From the NCBI GenBank assembly GCA_044372065.1, contig JBILSO010000001.1, positions 941-64,940 of the forward strand: DNA of 64,000 nucleotides. The letters run 5' to 3'. A program made the translations under genes and the position numbers. Below the pieces are notes generated by a model. It had not been told where the DNA came from. It saw only the letters and a program-made list of their open reading frames with translations, and made no database searches. Position 1 is the first letter of the stretch, and every line of letters begins with the position of its first letter. Shown in pieces: positions 30,879 to 43,000 of the stretch. Source of the DNA: Candidatus Planktophila sp. (GTDB lineage Bacteria > Actinomycetota > Actinomycetes > Nanopelagicales > Nanopelagicaceae).

Positions 30879-32075
30879 TTATAGATCTATTCCAAAATAT
30901 GCCGCAGCGGTTGCTACATCTTTATCGCCGCGACCAGATAAATTGATAAGTATCGTTGAATTCGGCCCAAGTTCTTTACCGACCTGAAGTGCGCCAGCTA
31001 GCGCATGTGCCGTCTCAATCGCTGGAATAATTCCTTCTGTGCGACAGAGAAGAGCAAAGGCTTCCATCGCCTGAGCATCAGTAATCGCTCGATACTGTGC
31101 GCGACCAATGTCATGGAGATAAGCATGCTCTGGACCTACACCCGGATAATCAAGTCCAGCAGAGATTGAATGCGATTCAACCGTTTGGCCATTTTCATCC
31201 TGCAAAACATATGAGCGAGTTCCGTGTAGAACTCCTGGAGTTCCACCAGTAATTGTGGCTGCATGTCTGCCTGTGCTAACCCCGTCGCCACCTGCTTCAA
31301 GACCGATCAAGGCGACATCAAGGTCGTCGATAAAGGGATGAAAGATTCCGATGGCATTTGATCCACCACCGACACATGCAAGAACTGCATCTGGAAGTTT
31401 TCCAGTCAACTCTAAAACTTGCGCTCGCGCTTCTACGCCAATGATGCGATGGAAATCACGAACCATTGTTGGGAATGGGTGCGGGCCTGCAACTGTTCCT
31501 AATAAGTAATGTGTTGTCTCGACATTTGTTACCCAATCACGCATGGCCTCATTGATTGCATCTTTGAGAGTACGAGATCCGCTTGTTACAGCAACAACTT
31601 CAGCACCAAGTAATTTCATCCTTGCAACATTAAGAGATTGACGTTTTGTATCTTCTTCACCCATGTAGACAACACACTCAAGGCCCATCAGTGCTGCTGC
31701 CGTGGCTGAGGCAACTCCGTGCTGACCAGCACCAGTTTCTGCGATGATGCGCTTTTTTCCCATACGTTTTGTAAGGAGTGCCTGACCTAAAACGTTATTG
31801 ATCTTATGCGATCCAGTGTGGTTGAGATCTTCTCGTTTGAGAATAATTCGAGCACCACCTGCATGTTCTGCAAAACGTGGAACCTCTGTAATGATGCTGG
31901 GGCGACCTGTGTAGGTGCGATGTAAATGATCTAACTCTGCTATGAAACTCGGGTCAATTGAAGCTGCCTTGTGCGCCGCTTCGAGCTCTTCAAGAGCGCC
32001 AATAAGAGCCTCAGGAACAAAGCGACCACCATAAGGACCAAAGTGGCCGATAATTTCCTTCGTATCAAGACTCAT
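30879..32075 (-). CDS. trpB: Tryptophan synthase beta chain
   Basis: [58 protein letters not shown]. Start moved to ATG 32075 (TACCCT 7 nt upstream). Confidence 0.97.
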   Translation of the reverse strand: MSLDTKEIIGHFGPYGGRFVPEALIGALEELEAAHKAASIDPSFIAELDHLHRTYTGRPSIITEVPRFAEHAGGARIILKREDLNHTGSHKINNVLGQALLTKRMGKKRIIAETGAGQHGVASATAAALMGLECVVYMGEEDTKRQSLNVARMKLLGAEVVAVTSGSRTLKDAINEAMRDWVTNVETTHYLLGTVAGPHPFPTMVRDFHRIIGVEARAQVLELTGKLPDAVLACVGGGSNAIGIFHPFIDDLDVALIGLEAGGDGVSTGRHAATITGGTPGVLHGTRSYVLQDENGQTVESHSISAGLDYPGVGPEHAYLHDIGRAQYRAITDAQAMEAFALLCRTEGIIPAIETAHALAGALQVGKELGPNSTILINLSGRGDKDVATAAAYFGIDL

Positions 32076-32088
32076 AGAGGTGAGGGTA

Positions 32089-32859
32089 CTAGAGACCACG
32101 AAGGGTGTGCAGTGCAGAAATTGGATCCCCTGCTCGCACTAGCGCCTCACCCACGAGGATTGCATCTGCACCAAAACTGCGGGCGAGTTCAACCTCGGCT
32201 CTCTCAGAGATACCTGATTCAGCGATTTTGATGATCTCTGCCGGAATTTCTGGGAGTAGCTCGGCAAAGGCTTTCTGATCCACTTCAAGTGTTTTGAGAT
32301 TTCTAGAATTAATTCCAATGATGCGAGGATTGATTTCCATCGCTCGCTCCAATTCGTCGTGAGTATGGACCTCAACAAGACTTGCCATTCCTAACTCAGT
32401 GGCCATTTCGAAATAATCATTGAGTTGTCGTGCGGAGAGCGCCGCAACAATCAGAAGTACAACATCGGCACCATATGCACGTGCCTCATAAAACTGATAT
32501 TCATCAATCATAAAATCTTTACGGAGAATCGGAATGCTTACTGCGCTGCGTACGGACTCAAGGTCAGCGAGAGAACCGCCAAATCTTCGCTCCTCAGTGA
32601 GAACGCTTATGACACTGGCCCCACCCTCTTGATATTGCTCAGCTAAATGTTCAGGATTCGAAATCACCGCAAGTGAACCCTTACTCGGAGAAGATCTCTT
32701 AACTTCAGCGATAACGTTAATCACTTCACCGCGCAGGCCTGGGTGGGCATCAATTACAGGTGGTGCACTTTCTAACTTTTCGCGCAATTCACCCAGAGGA
32801 CGACGACGTAGAGCCAAATCTTCTCGGACACCCGCGATGATTGAATCAAGAACTGTCAT
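32089..32859 (-). CDS. trpC: Indole-3-glycerol phosphate synthase
   Basis: [41 protein letters not shown]. Start MTVLDSII at 32859 (ATGA overlap). Confidence 0.96.
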   Translation of the reverse strand: MTVLDSIIAGVREDLALRRRPLGELREKLESAPPVIDAHPGLRGEVINVIAEVKRSSPSKGSLAVISNPEHLAEQYQEGGASVISVLTEERRFGGSLADLESVRSAVSIPILRKDFMIDEYQFYEARAYGADVVLLIVAALSARQLNDYFEMATELGMASLVEVHTHDELERAMEINPRIIGINSRNLKTLEVDQKAFAELLPEIPAEIIKIAESGISERAEVELARSFGADAILVGEALVRAGDPISALHTLRGL

Positions 32860-33026
32860 GATTTTGTCTCGTCGGTCGGGTCGATTCCATGATCCTGTGC
32901 ACTCCACGGGGTATGAACTTTGGGCTTGCGTTCATATTTCGACGAAAGAGAGAAATGTCTACTCAAAAAAATGACGATCGCACCAATGACTAGGGCGCTG
33001 ATTGCTATAGGAAGAAGGTCCTTCAC
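32856..33026 (-). CDS. 56-aa single-TM protein resembling the C-terminus of the trp-operon-associated membrane protein (Trp_oprn_chp-like)
   Basis: GTG start overlaps the trpE stop (GTGA) and the stop overlaps the trpC start (ATGA). One TM helix, then LSSKYER...W-SAQD-HG-IDPT. Confidence 0.72.
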   Translation of the reverse strand: MKDLLPIAISALVIGAIVIFLSRHFSLSSKYERKPKVHTPWSAQDHGIDPTDETKS

Positions 33027-34510
33027 TCTGCTGACCTCATGACCTGAGCAGCGTTGATCGCACCAAGAACAGCGGCGGCCTTGTTGAGACACTCCTGATT
33101 TTCAGATTGCGGATCCGAATCAGCAACAATTCCCGCACCAGCTTGTACAAATGCACGACCGCTATAGATGAGGGCTGTCCGGATAGCAATGCAGGTATCT
33201 ACATTGCCCGTGAAATCAAGGTAGCCAATCGCACCACCGTAGAGTCCTCGTCGATGCGGTTCGAGTGTTTCGATGATCTCCATAGCACGAGGCTTCGGCG
33301 CTCCCGAGAGCGTGCCTGCAGGAAATGTTGCAAAGAGAGCATCAACTCCTGTTTTGTCCTTTGCTAGCGTGCCTGTCACAGTTGAAACGATATGCATCAC
33401 GTGTGAATAACGTTCGACACTCATGAAATCGATTACCTCAACTGACCCTGCATCGCATATCCGACCTAAATCATTTCGGCCAAGATCAACCAACATTAAA
33501 TGCTCTGCGCGCTCCTTAGGATCTGCCAGCAGTTCCTCACCCAACCTCTTATCTTCTTCCGGAGAAGATGAGCGTTTACGTGTCCCTGCGATTGGGTGAA
33601 CCATCACTTGACCTTCAGTCACTTTCACCAAAGCTTCCGGGCTTGACCCCACAACATCTACTCCGCCTTCAAATCTGAAGAGATACATATACGGAGATGG
33701 ATTGCGCAATCGCAGCATGCGATAAACATCTATTGCATCGGCGGTGCACTCCATTGAAAAGCGTTGAGAAAGAACAATCTGGAAGGCTTCACCGGCAAGA
33801 ATCTCTTCTTTGGCAAGACCAACCTTTGAAACAAATTCTTCTTCGCTCATATTTCGATCGAAGCTTGGCTCGATAGTTGAAACTATATGTGCGATGTGAC
33901 CCTCAAGTGGTGCTGCCAGTTCGCGTTGCATTCGATCCAAGCGCTCTTGTGCATCTGCAAAGGCTTCATCTACGCGAGCATCGCTTCCATCCCAGTTGAT
34001 TGCATTAGCAATCAGCGTGACAGTGCCATCTGAGTGATCAAGAACTGCTAGATCACTTGTTAACATAAATGCAATTTCAGGAAGAGGAATATCTTTGACA
34101 GCCAAGGACGGCAACTTTTCCAGCCCTCTCACGCTGTCGTAACTCATGTAACCAACAAGACCGCCAGTAAGTGGTGGCAGTCCGGCAATCTTTGGTGAAC
34201 GTAAATGTGAAGCAGATTGCCGCAATGCCTCCAGTGGATCAATTCCTTGCGGTGCTCCAGCTGGTGGCTGGCCAATCCAATGAGCCTTGCCATCTCTTTC
34301 ACTCAGCGTTGCTTGAGAGTGCGCCCCAATGAATGAATACCGTGACCACACACCACCGTGCTCGGCTGATTCAAGTAGAAAGGATCCCGATGAGTTTCCA
34401 GTCAATTTGCGATAGACACCGAGCGGCGTTTCACCGTCTGCCAAAAGTTTTCTATAAACAGGAATTACGTTGTAGCTGGATGCATACTCTCTGAACTCTT
34501 GAAGATTCAT
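33023..34510 (-). CDS. trpE: Anthranilate synthase component I
   Basis: FLLESAE, RYSFIG, GEAFQIVLSQRF, NPSPYMY, GSSPE, PIAGTR, EHLMLVDLGRND, FPAGTLSGAPK. Confidence 0.97.
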   Translation of the reverse strand: MNLQEFREYASSYNVIPVYRKLLADGETPLGVYRKLTGNSSGSFLLESAEHGGVWSRYSFIGAHSQATLSERDGKAHWIGQPPAGAPQGIDPLEALRQSASHLRSPKIAGLPPLTGGLVGYMSYDSVRGLEKLPSLAVKDIPLPEIAFMLTSDLAVLDHSDGTVTLIANAINWDGSDARVDEAFADAQERLDRMQRELAAPLEGHIAHIVSTIEPSFDRNMSEEEFVSKVGLAKEEILAGEAFQIVLSQRFSMECTADAIDVYRMLRLRNPSPYMYLFRFEGGVDVVGSSPEALVKVTEGQVMVHPIAGTRKRSSSPEEDKRLGEELLADPKERAEHLMLVDLGRNDLGRICDAGSVEVIDFMSVERYSHVMHIVSTVTGTLAKDKTGVDALFATFPAGTLSGAPKPRAMEIIETLEPHRRGLYGGAIGYLDFTGNVDTCIAIRTALIYSGRAFVQAGAGIVADSDPQSENQECLNKAAAVLGAINAAQVMRSAE

Positions 34511-34521
34511 CGATATATAGG

Positions 34522-34878
34522 CTAACTGTTCTCTTTATTAGCCGGATAAATTTCACGATGGAAGCAGGTGAATTCTCCTGTGTGACAAGCTGAACCTTCT
34601 TGCTCAACTTGGAACAAAATCGCATCTCCATCACAGTCAATCGAGATAGAGACAACTTTTTGGAGATGTCCCGAAGTTTCACCCTTTTTCCATAGTTGAT
34701 TGCGTGAACGGCTGAAATAGGTTGCAAAGCCAGAATCAATTGTCATGGCAAGAGATTCTGTATTGACGTATGCGAGCATCAATACCTCCCCAGAGAGACT
34801 GTCTTGGGCGATAGCAGGCATCAGGTCATCCGAATTCTTGAGAAGTTCAAGAATTGCAGGTGAAAGAGAGATGCTCAT
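34522..34878 (-). CDS. hisI: Phosphoribosyl-AMP cyclohydrolase
   Basis: [39 protein letters not shown]. Confidence 0.96.
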   Translation of the reverse strand: MSISLSPAILELLKNSDDLMPAIAQDSLSGEVLMLAYVNTESLAMTIDSGFATYFSRSRNQLWKKGETSGHLQKVVSISIDCDGDAILFQVEQEGSACHTGEFTCFHREIYPANKENS

Positions 34879-34892
34879 GAGGTAATTGTGCC

Positions 34893-35666
34893 CTAGGTCA
34901 GAGCGCTCGTGCGCACGGAATATCCATGCGCAGATAAGTACTTCTTCACATCAGCGATGCGATGCACTCCGAAATGAAAGACACTCGCGGCCAAGAGAGC
35001 ATCAGCCCCTGCCTCAATAGCAGCCGCAAAGTCCTCGAGTGATCCTGCTCCCCCGCTAGCGATAAGAGGAAGTGATGAAATTTTGCGAACTCTCGCAATC
35101 ATTCCAATGTCATAACCTGCCCGCGTTCCATCAGCATCCATCGAGTTAAGAAGGATTTCACCAACTCCGAGTTGCGTTGCCTTCTCAATCCACTCAAGTG
35201 CATCGATACCAGCGCTGATTCGCCCACCATGAGTGGTGACTTCAAAACCTGAAACAGTTCGTGCCCTGCGTGCATCAACAGATAAGACAAGTACTTGAGT
35301 GCCAAAACGATCAGCAATCTCAGAAATTAGTTCGGGACGAGCTATAGCTGCGGTATTAACTGAAACTTTATCTGCTCCAGAACGTAGCAATCGGTCCACA
35401 TCATCAACTGTTCTAATTCCTCCACCCACTGTGAGAGGGATAAAGACTTGATCGGCTGTTCTATTTACGACTTCATACGTCGTTTCACGATTAGCAACGC
35501 TGGCTGAGATATCAAGAAATGTCAGCTCGTCTACGCCTTCGCTGTCGTAGAGTTTTGCCATCTCGACAGGATCTCCAGCATCAACGAGATCGGTAAAGTT
35601 GACTCCCTTAACTACACGGCCTTCATTGACATCAAGGCAAGCGATAATTCGAGAAGATAAAGTCAT
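34893..35666 (-). CDS. hisF: Imidazole glycerol phosphate synthase cyclase subunit
   Basis: [47 protein letters not shown]. Confidence 0.97.
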   Translation of the reverse strand: MTLSSRIIACLDVNEGRVVKGVNFTDLVDAGDPVEMAKLYDSEGVDELTFLDISASVANRETTYEVVNRTADQVFIPLTVGGGIRTVDDVDRLLRSGADKVSVNTAAIARPELISEIADRFGTQVLVLSVDARRARTVSGFEVTTHGGRISAGIDALEWIEKATQLGVGEILLNSMDADGTRAGYDIGMIARVRKISSLPLIASGGAGSLEDFAAAIEAGADALLAASVFHFGVHRIADVKKYLSAHGYSVRTSALT

Positions 35667-36388
35667 GATCGAGTTACCTCTAAAGCTTGTTCGAGAGTAA
35701 AGGCACCGGCGTAGAGCGCTTTGCCAACAATTGCTCCTTCAACGCCGATTGAGCTAAGAGCGCAGAGCGCTTTGATATCTTCAAGGCTCGAAATTCCGCC
35801 ACTTGCGACCACTGGTTTTTTTGTAGCAGCGCATACCTCCTTAAGTAACTCCAAGTTTGGACCTTGTAGCGTTCCGTCCTTCGTAACGTCAGTGACAACA
35901 TAGCGTGCGCAACCATCTGACTCTAAGCGAGCCAAAGTCTCAAAAAGGTCGCCGCCTTCTTGTGTCCATCCCCGCGCTGCAAGAACATGTCCACGAACAT
36001 CGAGTCCGACAGCGATGCGATCACCGTGTTCTGCAATGATGCGCGAAGTCCACTCTGGGTTTTCTAGGGCAGCAGTTCCAAGGTTCACTCTTCGACATCC
36101 TGTCGCAAGTGCCCGTGTAAGTGATTCATCATCACGAATTCCACCTGATAGTTCAACGTCGATATCTAAGCGCCCGACTACATCAGCAAGTAACGCGCTG
36201 TTCTCCCCACGGCCAAAGGCAGCGTCTAAATCAACGAGGTGTAACCACTGCGCACCTGAGTTCTGAAAATCAAGAGCGACTTCAAGTGGCGAGCCGTAAA
36301 CGCTTTCGCGAGCGAGTTCGCCCTGAACAAGGCGAACTGCACGGCCGTCTTTGACATCCACTGCTGGCAATAGTTCAAGGATGCTCAT
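35663..36388 (-). CDS. priA: Bifunctional phosphoribosyl isomerase PriA (HisA/TrpF)
   Basis: [31 protein letters not shown]; no trpF in the adjacent trp cluster. Confidence 0.9.
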   Translation of the reverse strand: MSILELLPAVDVKDGRAVRLVQGELARESVYGSPLEVALDFQNSGAQWLHLVDLDAAFGRGENSALLADVVGRLDIDVELSGGIRDDESLTRALATGCRRVNLGTAALENPEWTSRIIAEHGDRIAVGLDVRGHVLAARGWTQEGGDLFETLARLESDGCARYVVTDVTKDGTLQGPNLELLKEVCAATKKPVVASGGISSLEDIKALCALSSIGVEGAIVGKALYAGAFTLEQALEVTRS

Positions 36389-36984
36389 AACGTTTTACTC
36401 CAATTCTTAATCAGTGCCAGACCCGCACGGCCTGATTTTTCAGGATGAAATTGCGTGGCACTCAACGCACCATCTTCTGCTGCAGCAAGGAATTCTTCTC
36501 CGTGGGTGGCGTACGTATTAATCACTCCAGGTAAATCACGAGCCGCGAATGAATGCACGAAGTAGAAGGATTCGCCTTCAACGCCTGCAAATAGCTCCGA
36601 TTTAGTATCTGGTTCAACGGTATTCCAACCCATATGCGGTAAGACAGGTGCCTGTAATTTGCTCACAGAAGCTGGCCATATCTTTATTCCTGAATGAGTC
36701 CCGTTCTCGTCGCTATCTGCAAATAGAACTTGCATCCCAATACAAATGCCAAATGTTGGGCGTGCTTTGTTGTAGCGAGCTTGAATTACTTCTGCAGCCT
36801 TAACTTTATTCAATCCGTTCATGCAGGCAGAGAAGGCTCCTACTCCGGGAACGACTAGTCCAGTTGCCTCGCGTGCTACATCTGGATCAGAGGTAAGGAT
36901 TACGTGATGGCCAGATGTTTCAAAAGCTCGAGCTGCTGACCGAAGATTGCCTGAACCGTAATCCAGAATTGCAATTGTTGAAAT
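36385..36984 (-). CDS. hisH: Imidazole glycerol phosphate synthase glutaminase subunit; apparent ATT start
   Basis: The frame stays open upstream of the tracked ATG (36822) and encodes [21 protein letters not shown]...LVVPGVGAF. Also GICIGMQ, PHMGWN, YFVHSF, QFHPEKS. Confidence 0.93.
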   Translation of the reverse strand: MSTIAILDYGSGNLRSAARAFETSGHHVILTSDPDVAREATGLVVPGVGAFSACMNGLNKVKAAEVIQARYNKARPTFGICIGMQVLFADSDENGTHSGIKIWPASVSKLQAPVLPHMGWNTVEPDTKSELFAGVEGESFYFVHSFAARDLPGVINTYATHGEEFLAAAEDGALSATQFHPEKSGRAGLALIKNWSKTL

Positions 36985-37568
36985 TAGAGTGAACCTTTGG
37001 TTGAAGGAATACCGCTGACTCGCCCATCAAGTGCAACTGCATCACGGAGTGCACGAGCCACAGCCTTAAACTGCGCTTCAAAGACATGGTGTGCGTTGCG
37101 GCCCTCAAGAACACGAATATGAAGAGCGATACGCGCTTCGGCAACTATAGATTCCCAAATGTGCTTGCCTAGAGTTGTATCAAATGTTCCGATGAGTTCG
37201 ACAATTTCTGGCTGACGGTGAACAAGGTAAGGACGACCTGATAGGTCAACGGCTGCTTGAACAAGCACTTCATCGAGTGGGACCATGGCATCACCAAAAC
37301 GACGAATGCCAACCTTATCGCCCAGTGCTTCGCGAAGAGCTTGTCCAAATGCTAGAGATGTATCTTCAACTGTGTGGTGAGAGTCAACATCAACATCGCC
37401 TTCAGTCTTTACTGTGAGATCAAATCCGGAGTGCTTCCCAAGTTGAGAGAGCATATGATCGAAGAACGGCACTCCTGTATCTACGTTAATCTGCCCGCTT
37501 CCATCTAGGTTCAGTTCGACTAGAACCTTGGACTCTTTTGTTGTTCGTTCGACGCGTGCAGTTCTCAT
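36984..37568 (-). CDS. hisB: Imidazoleglycerol-phosphate dehydratase
   Basis: [39 protein letters not shown]. Confidence 0.97.
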   Translation of the reverse strand: MRTARVERTTKESKVLVELNLDGSGQINVDTGVPFFDHMLSQLGKHSGFDLTVKTEGDVDVDSHHTVEDTSLAFGQALREALGDKVGIRRFGDAMVPLDEVLVQAAVDLSGRPYLVHRQPEIVELIGTFDTTLGKHIWESIVAEARIALHIRVLEGRNAHHVFEAQFKAVARALRDAVALDGRVSGIPSTKGSL

Positions 37569-38665
37569 GATTTCTCCTTAGCCAAGCACTCTCGTAGCGC
37601 ATGTAGAAACTTTTCATTTTCGGCGCCGGTGCCGATTGTGGTGCGTAAGTAGCCTGATAATCCCACATCTCTAATCAAAATTCCTCGATCAAGCATCTCT
37701 TGCCACAACTGCTGCGACGGCGATCGAAAGCCGGTGAAGAGTAGGAAATTGGCCTGACTTGGAAGGACGCTCAGTCCCATCTCGCGAAGTGATGCTGCAA
37801 CAAGATCTCGCTGAGCTCGCAGTTGGGCAACTCCTGAGAGCAACTCGTCCTTGAAATCTAGCGCAACTAGCGCCGCGCCTTGAGTGAGTGTGCTCAAGTG
37901 ATAGGGCAATCTGACTAACATCATTGCATCGATCACTGATGGGTGTGCGAGTAAATATCCCACTCGAACTCCAGCAAATGAGAATGCTTTACTCATTGTG
38001 CGAATGACAACAATCTGTGGATATTTGGTGATGAGAGCTACTGCAGATTTCTCATCGGAAAATTCTGCATAGGCCTCATCAACAATGAGCAACCCCGAAA
38101 CTGATTGTGCGATCTTTTCAATATCGCTTATCGAAACACCTTCACCGGTCGGATTATTGGGAGTTGTGATGAAGGTCAGGGCTGGGGCTGACGTCGTTAT
38201 TTGAGAAATAGCGCTATCGATATCTAGTGAAAAATCCGAGCGCCGCTTGCCTTCTATCCACTCCGTTGAGGTCACACGAGCAATAAGAGGGTGCATTGAG
38301 TATGAAGGGAGAAACCCAATAGCAGCACGATCCCCAAATGCCAGAAACAAGGATTGAATGATTTCATTACTTCCATTTGCAACCCACACTTGTGATGCAG
38401 AAAATGCTGTACCTGACTGCTCGTTTATGTAGCTCGCTAAACCAGATCGAAGCGCGAGTGCATCTCGGTCGGGATATCGATTGAGGCTCGAAGCAACTTC
38501 TGCAACCCGCGCTGCAATTGCTGAAACAAGTTCAGGTGAAAGTGAGAACGGATTCTCATTGGTATTCAGGGTGGCCTCTGCCTCGACCTGAGGTGCTCCG
38601 TAAGCAGAAAGTGGAGCAAGTGATTTTCGCAGGGGCAGCCAAGCGGGCCAGCGTGAATCTGTCAT
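37565..38665 (-). CDS. hisC: Histidinol-phosphate aminotransferase
   Basis: [38 protein letters not shown]. Confidence 0.97.
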   Translation of the reverse strand: MTDSRWPAWLPLRKSLAPLSAYGAPQVEAEATLNTNENPFSLSPELVSAIAARVAEVASSLNRYPDRDALALRSGLASYINEQSGTAFSASQVWVANGSNEIIQSLFLAFGDRAAIGFLPSYSMHPLIARVTSTEWIEGKRRSDFSLDIDSAISQITTSAPALTFITTPNNPTGEGVSISDIEKIAQSVSGLLIVDEAYAEFSDEKSAVALITKYPQIVVIRTMSKAFSFAGVRVGYLLAHPSVIDAMMLVRLPYHLSTLTQGAALVALDFKDELLSGVAQLRAQRDLVAASLREMGLSVLPSQANFLLFTGFRSPSQQLWQEMLDRGILIRDVGLSGYLRTTIGTGAENEKFLHALRECLAKEKS

Positions 38666-39969
38666 CGATCTTCCAATCGCGCACTCATCGCCTGGCCATG
38701 TGCTGGTAGGTCTTCAGCTTGAGCGAGTGTGATGACCGTAGGAGCAATATCTCTAAATGCACTCTCACCGTATTCGATGAAGTGAAGCCCACGGAGAAAT
38801 GTTGCAACAGAAAGTCCGCTGCTGTGACAGGCACATCCTCCTGTAGGTAGAACGTGATTAGAGCCAGCCGAGTAATCGCCAAGTGATACCGGAGTAAATG
38901 GACCAATAAACACGGCGCCAGCATTTCGAATCTTTGCACTAACACCGCGTGCATCCATGGTTTGAATTTCAAGGTGCTCGGCGGCATACGCATTAACAAC
39001 GTCAATTCCCTGCGCGAGATCATCAACAATGGCAATTGCACTCTGAATTCCAGAGAGAGCAGTAGTTATGCGTTCTGAGTGCTTTGTGAGCTTGATTTGT
39101 CTTTCGAGTTCTTTTTCAACTGCATCAGCAAGTTCAAGTGATGAGGTAACTAAAACTGCAGCTGCAATAACATCGTGCTCTGCTTGACTAATGAGATCAG
39201 CTGCAACATTTCGAGCATCTGCTGTCTCATCTGCAAGGATTGCAATTTCGGTTGGTCCAGCCTCTGAATCGATTCCGATCACACCACGTAGCGCACGCTT
39301 TGCTGCTGCAACGTAGATATTGCCAGGACCGGTAACCATGTCGCATTTTTCGCAGAGACCTTTCATGCCATATGCGAAAAGGGCTATAGCTTGTGCGCCA
39401 CCCACTGCGTACACCTCGGTAATTCCAAGAAGTGCGCAGGTTGCAAGAATGGTGGGGTGCGGCAATCCCCCATGATCTTTTTGCGGCGGCGAAGCAACAG
39501 CGATGCTCTCAACTTGTGCGATCTGGGCTGGAATGACATTCATCATGACACTCGATGGATAAACAGCACGACCACCAGGTACATATAGACCAACGCGATC
39601 AACAGGAACCCAGCGCTCAGTGACGGTCCCACCATCCACAACTTTTGTAGTGTGTGGTGCACGCACTTGATCGCCATGAACTTTACGAATTCGCTCGATT
39701 GAAATTTCTAAGCTGCGACGTATTTCTGGATCAAGATTTGCGAGAGCGGTATCCAGCGCCTCTTGTGGAACGCGAAGTGACGGCGGGCGTACGCCGTCAA
39801 ATTCCTCACCCAAGGAGAGAAGATCTTCTACACCACCATTTTTAACCCGGCTCAGGATCGGTGCGATCAACTTCATCGCTTCATTGACATCAAGAGTTGC
39901 CCGAGGCAAGAGGTGTTGGACCTCGGCCTTGGAGTGGCGAAAACCACGTAGATCAACTCTTCGAATCAC
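38662..39969 (-). CDS. hisD: Histidinol dehydrogenase
   Basis: [53 protein letters not shown]; GTG start with TAGACT 6 nt upstream. Confidence 0.97.
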   Translation of the reverse strand: MIRRVDLRGFRHSKAEVQHLLPRATLDVNEAMKLIAPILSRVKNGGVEDLLSLGEEFDGVRPPSLRVPQEALDTALANLDPEIRRSLEISIERIRKVHGDQVRAPHTTKVVDGGTVTERWVPVDRVGLYVPGGRAVYPSSVMMNVIPAQIAQVESIAVASPPQKDHGGLPHPTILATCALLGITEVYAVGGAQAIALFAYGMKGLCEKCDMVTGPGNIYVAAAKRALRGVIGIDSEAGPTEIAILADETADARNVAADLISQAEHDVIAAAVLVTSSLELADAVEKELERQIKLTKHSERITTALSGIQSAIAIVDDLAQGIDVVNAYAAEHLEIQTMDARGVSAKIRNAGAVFIGPFTPVSLGDYSAGSNHVLPTGGCACHSSGLSVATFLRGLHFIEYGESAFRDIAPTVITLAQAEDLPAHGQAMSARLEDR

Positions 39970-40020
39970 TCGGTCAGTCTACTTTGTGGGACCTCTCGGA
40001 TGAGGAGTGAATTCGCGTGA

Positions 40021-43000
40021 TCAGCTACGCACGAGGCAATCCGGACCGAGAATGCTCTTGAGGTCAGCGCTCAAACTTGGCGATGATGTGACGAGGGCAT
40101 CAATCTTCATTGTGGTGCTCTTTCCAGAATCTTCAATCTGGAGATGCACTTCGCGTTTTCCCGGATGAGAACGCAAGATCTCCTTCACCCTTTCAACAAT
40201 AGGCGGCGTGCATTGCGAGATCGGAAGAGAGATCATTAAAGGACCAACTGGGCCGCTAGAAACATCCAGAGAGGTCATCTCAACAGCGCTAAATCGAACT
40301 TGATCATCTCTGCGATCAACTCGGCCTCGAATAGTGACTACGCGATCTTCGATGAGAGTGAGTGCATACTGATTGTAGGTGTTAGCAAAGAAGAGAACTT
40401 CGAGTGAACCTTCAAGATCTTCGACAGTGACTATCGCCCATGAGGATCCAGTTCGCGAAACCTTTCGCGAAATCCCGGTAATCAACCCGCCGATCGTCAC
40501 AAATCCATCTTGGGCTCCCCCGTCATCGACGAGAGCGCTGATAGACATATCTGTATTCGAACGAAGAATATGTTCAACACCCAAAAGCGGATGGTCTGAT
40601 ACGTAAAGGCCGAGCATTTCGCGTTCGAATGCGAGAAGAGTCGCTTTATCCCATTCACCTTGAGGGATTTCGATTTCCAAACCGCTGACGGCCGAGCCAC
40701 CCATATCTCCAAAGAGATCAAATTGGCCGATGGCTTCTGCGCGCTTACTTTCAATGACAGCATCGATTGCCTCAAGGTGAATTGCGACGAGCGCTTTTCG
40801 ATGATGACCAAGCTCGTCGAATGCACCCGCTTTAATCAGGGATTCAATCGTCTTTTTATTACACACTTGCGCATCTACCTTGGCAAGGAAATCACCAAAT
40901 GATGTGAAGTTTCCTTTGGCTTCACGTGCGCTCTTAATCGAAGCGACCACGCCTTCTCCCACATTGCGAATAGCCGCAAGGCCGAAGCGAATATCTCTTC
41001 CACGAGGGGTGTACTCAGAATTAGATTCATTGACATCTGGTGGGAGAACGTTGATTCCCATTCGACGACATTCCGAGAGATAAAGTGCAGATTTGTCTTT
41101 ATCATCACGAACACTTGTGAGTAGTGCGGCCATGTATTCAGTTGGATAATTCGCTTTGAGATATGCAGTCCAGAATGAAACGACACCATAGCCGGCTGAG
41201 TGTGCACGGTTAAATGCGTAATCTGAGAATGGAATCAGAACTTCCCAAAGTCGCTTAATGGCAGCATCACCGAAACCGTTTGCTTTCATTCCAGCTTCAA
41301 ATGGAATGTATTCCTTATCCAGAATCTCTTTATTCTTCTTTCCCATCGCCTTACGCAAAAGATCAGCACGACCAAGAGAGAAGCCAGCAACCTTTTGGGC
41401 AATTGCCATTACCTGCTCTTGATAAACAATAAGGCCGTAGGTATCACCGAGAATATCTGCCAATGGTTCACGAAGTTCGGGGTGAATTGCTTCAACAGGT
41501 TTCCGACCATTTTTACGATCTGCATAGTTGTTGTGTGCATTTTCGCCCATCGGGCCAGGGCGATAAAGGGCAATCACAGCTGAGATATCTGCAAATGAAT
41601 CTGGTGACATACTGCGAAGGAGAGCTCGCATTGGTCCACCGTCGAGCTGGAAAACGCCTAACGTGTCGCCTCGTCCAAGCAATTCAAATGTCTTGGCATC
41701 ACTCAGGGGCAGATCCTCAAGTACGACATCTATTCCAAGGTTGAGTTTTATATTTTCAAGTGCATCGTCTAAGACCGAGAGATTTCGAAGTCCCAAGAAA
41801 TCCATTTTGAGTAGACCAGTAGCCTCGCATGCACCCATATCAAATTGGGTAATGATTGCGCCATCTGCTTCACGGCGATGAATCGGAATGACATCAAGTA
41901 ATGGTTCACGCGAAAGAATTACGCCCGCAGCATGCACACCCCACTGGCGCTTCAGTCCTTCTAAGCCGCGAGCGAGATCTACAACGCGCTTTGAGTCAAC
42001 GTCAGTGTCATAGAGCGTGCGGAACTCCCCAGCTTCACCATGACGTGGATCATCTTTATCAAATACTCCACCAAGAGTGATGTCTTTACCCATGACTGAT
42101 GGTGGAAGCGCTTTTGTGAGTTTTTCACCGATTACGTATGGATAACCAAGAACGCGAGTGGCATCTTTTAGAGCTTGCTTAGATTTGATTGTTCCGTAGG
42201 TAATGATTTGAGCAACACGGTCATCTCCATACTTTTGTGTTGCGTAACGAATCATCTCTGATCTGCGACGTTCATCGAAGTCGAGATCGATATCTGGCAT
42301 CGAGATTCGCTCAGGGTTGAGGAAGCGCTCGAAAAGCAAACCATGTTCGATGGGATCTAATCCAGTAATGCCGAGCGCATATGCAACAAGTGATCCTGCT
42401 GCAGATCCACGGCCTGGGCCTACTCGAATTCCAACTTCGCGTGCATGTGAACATAGATCAGCAACCACAAGGAAGTAGCCAGGGAATCCCATCTTGATCA
42501 TCACATCAAGTTCGTAATCGAGGCGAGCAATATGTTCTGGAGTTGATCGATCTCCAAGGCGCTTCTGCAGCCCCTCATGAGAGAGAGCTCGAAGCCATGA
42601 ATCTTCGGTATGCCCTGCGGGGACCTCAAACTGAGGTAAGAGATTTTCACCCTCGCGTAGCGTCACATTGCAGCGCTCTGCAATAAGTAAGGTGTTATCG
42701 CACGATTCTGGAATATCTTTGAAGAGCTCGCGCATCTGAGCGGCGGTCTTTACATAGAACTCACTGTTATCAAATTTAAAGCGCTTTGGATCGGCCAAGG
42801 TTGATCCAGATTGAACGCAGAGAAGAGCTTCATGTGCTGGTGCATCTTCGTGGAATGTGTAGTGCAGATCGTTGGTCGCAAGTAGCGGCAACTTGAGTTC
42901 TTTTCCAAGTTTAAGTAGGTCTGCCTTCACACGATTCTCAATATCAATGCCGTGATCCATCACTTCAAGATAGAAGTTTGCAGCTCCAAAAATATCTCGG

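Noticed and set aside
30067-39969. Missing trpD, trpG, trpF, hisG and hisE as a sign of auxotrophy
   Set aside because: These genes are normally elsewhere in actinobacterial genomes and PriA covers TrpF; absence cannot be judged from this window.
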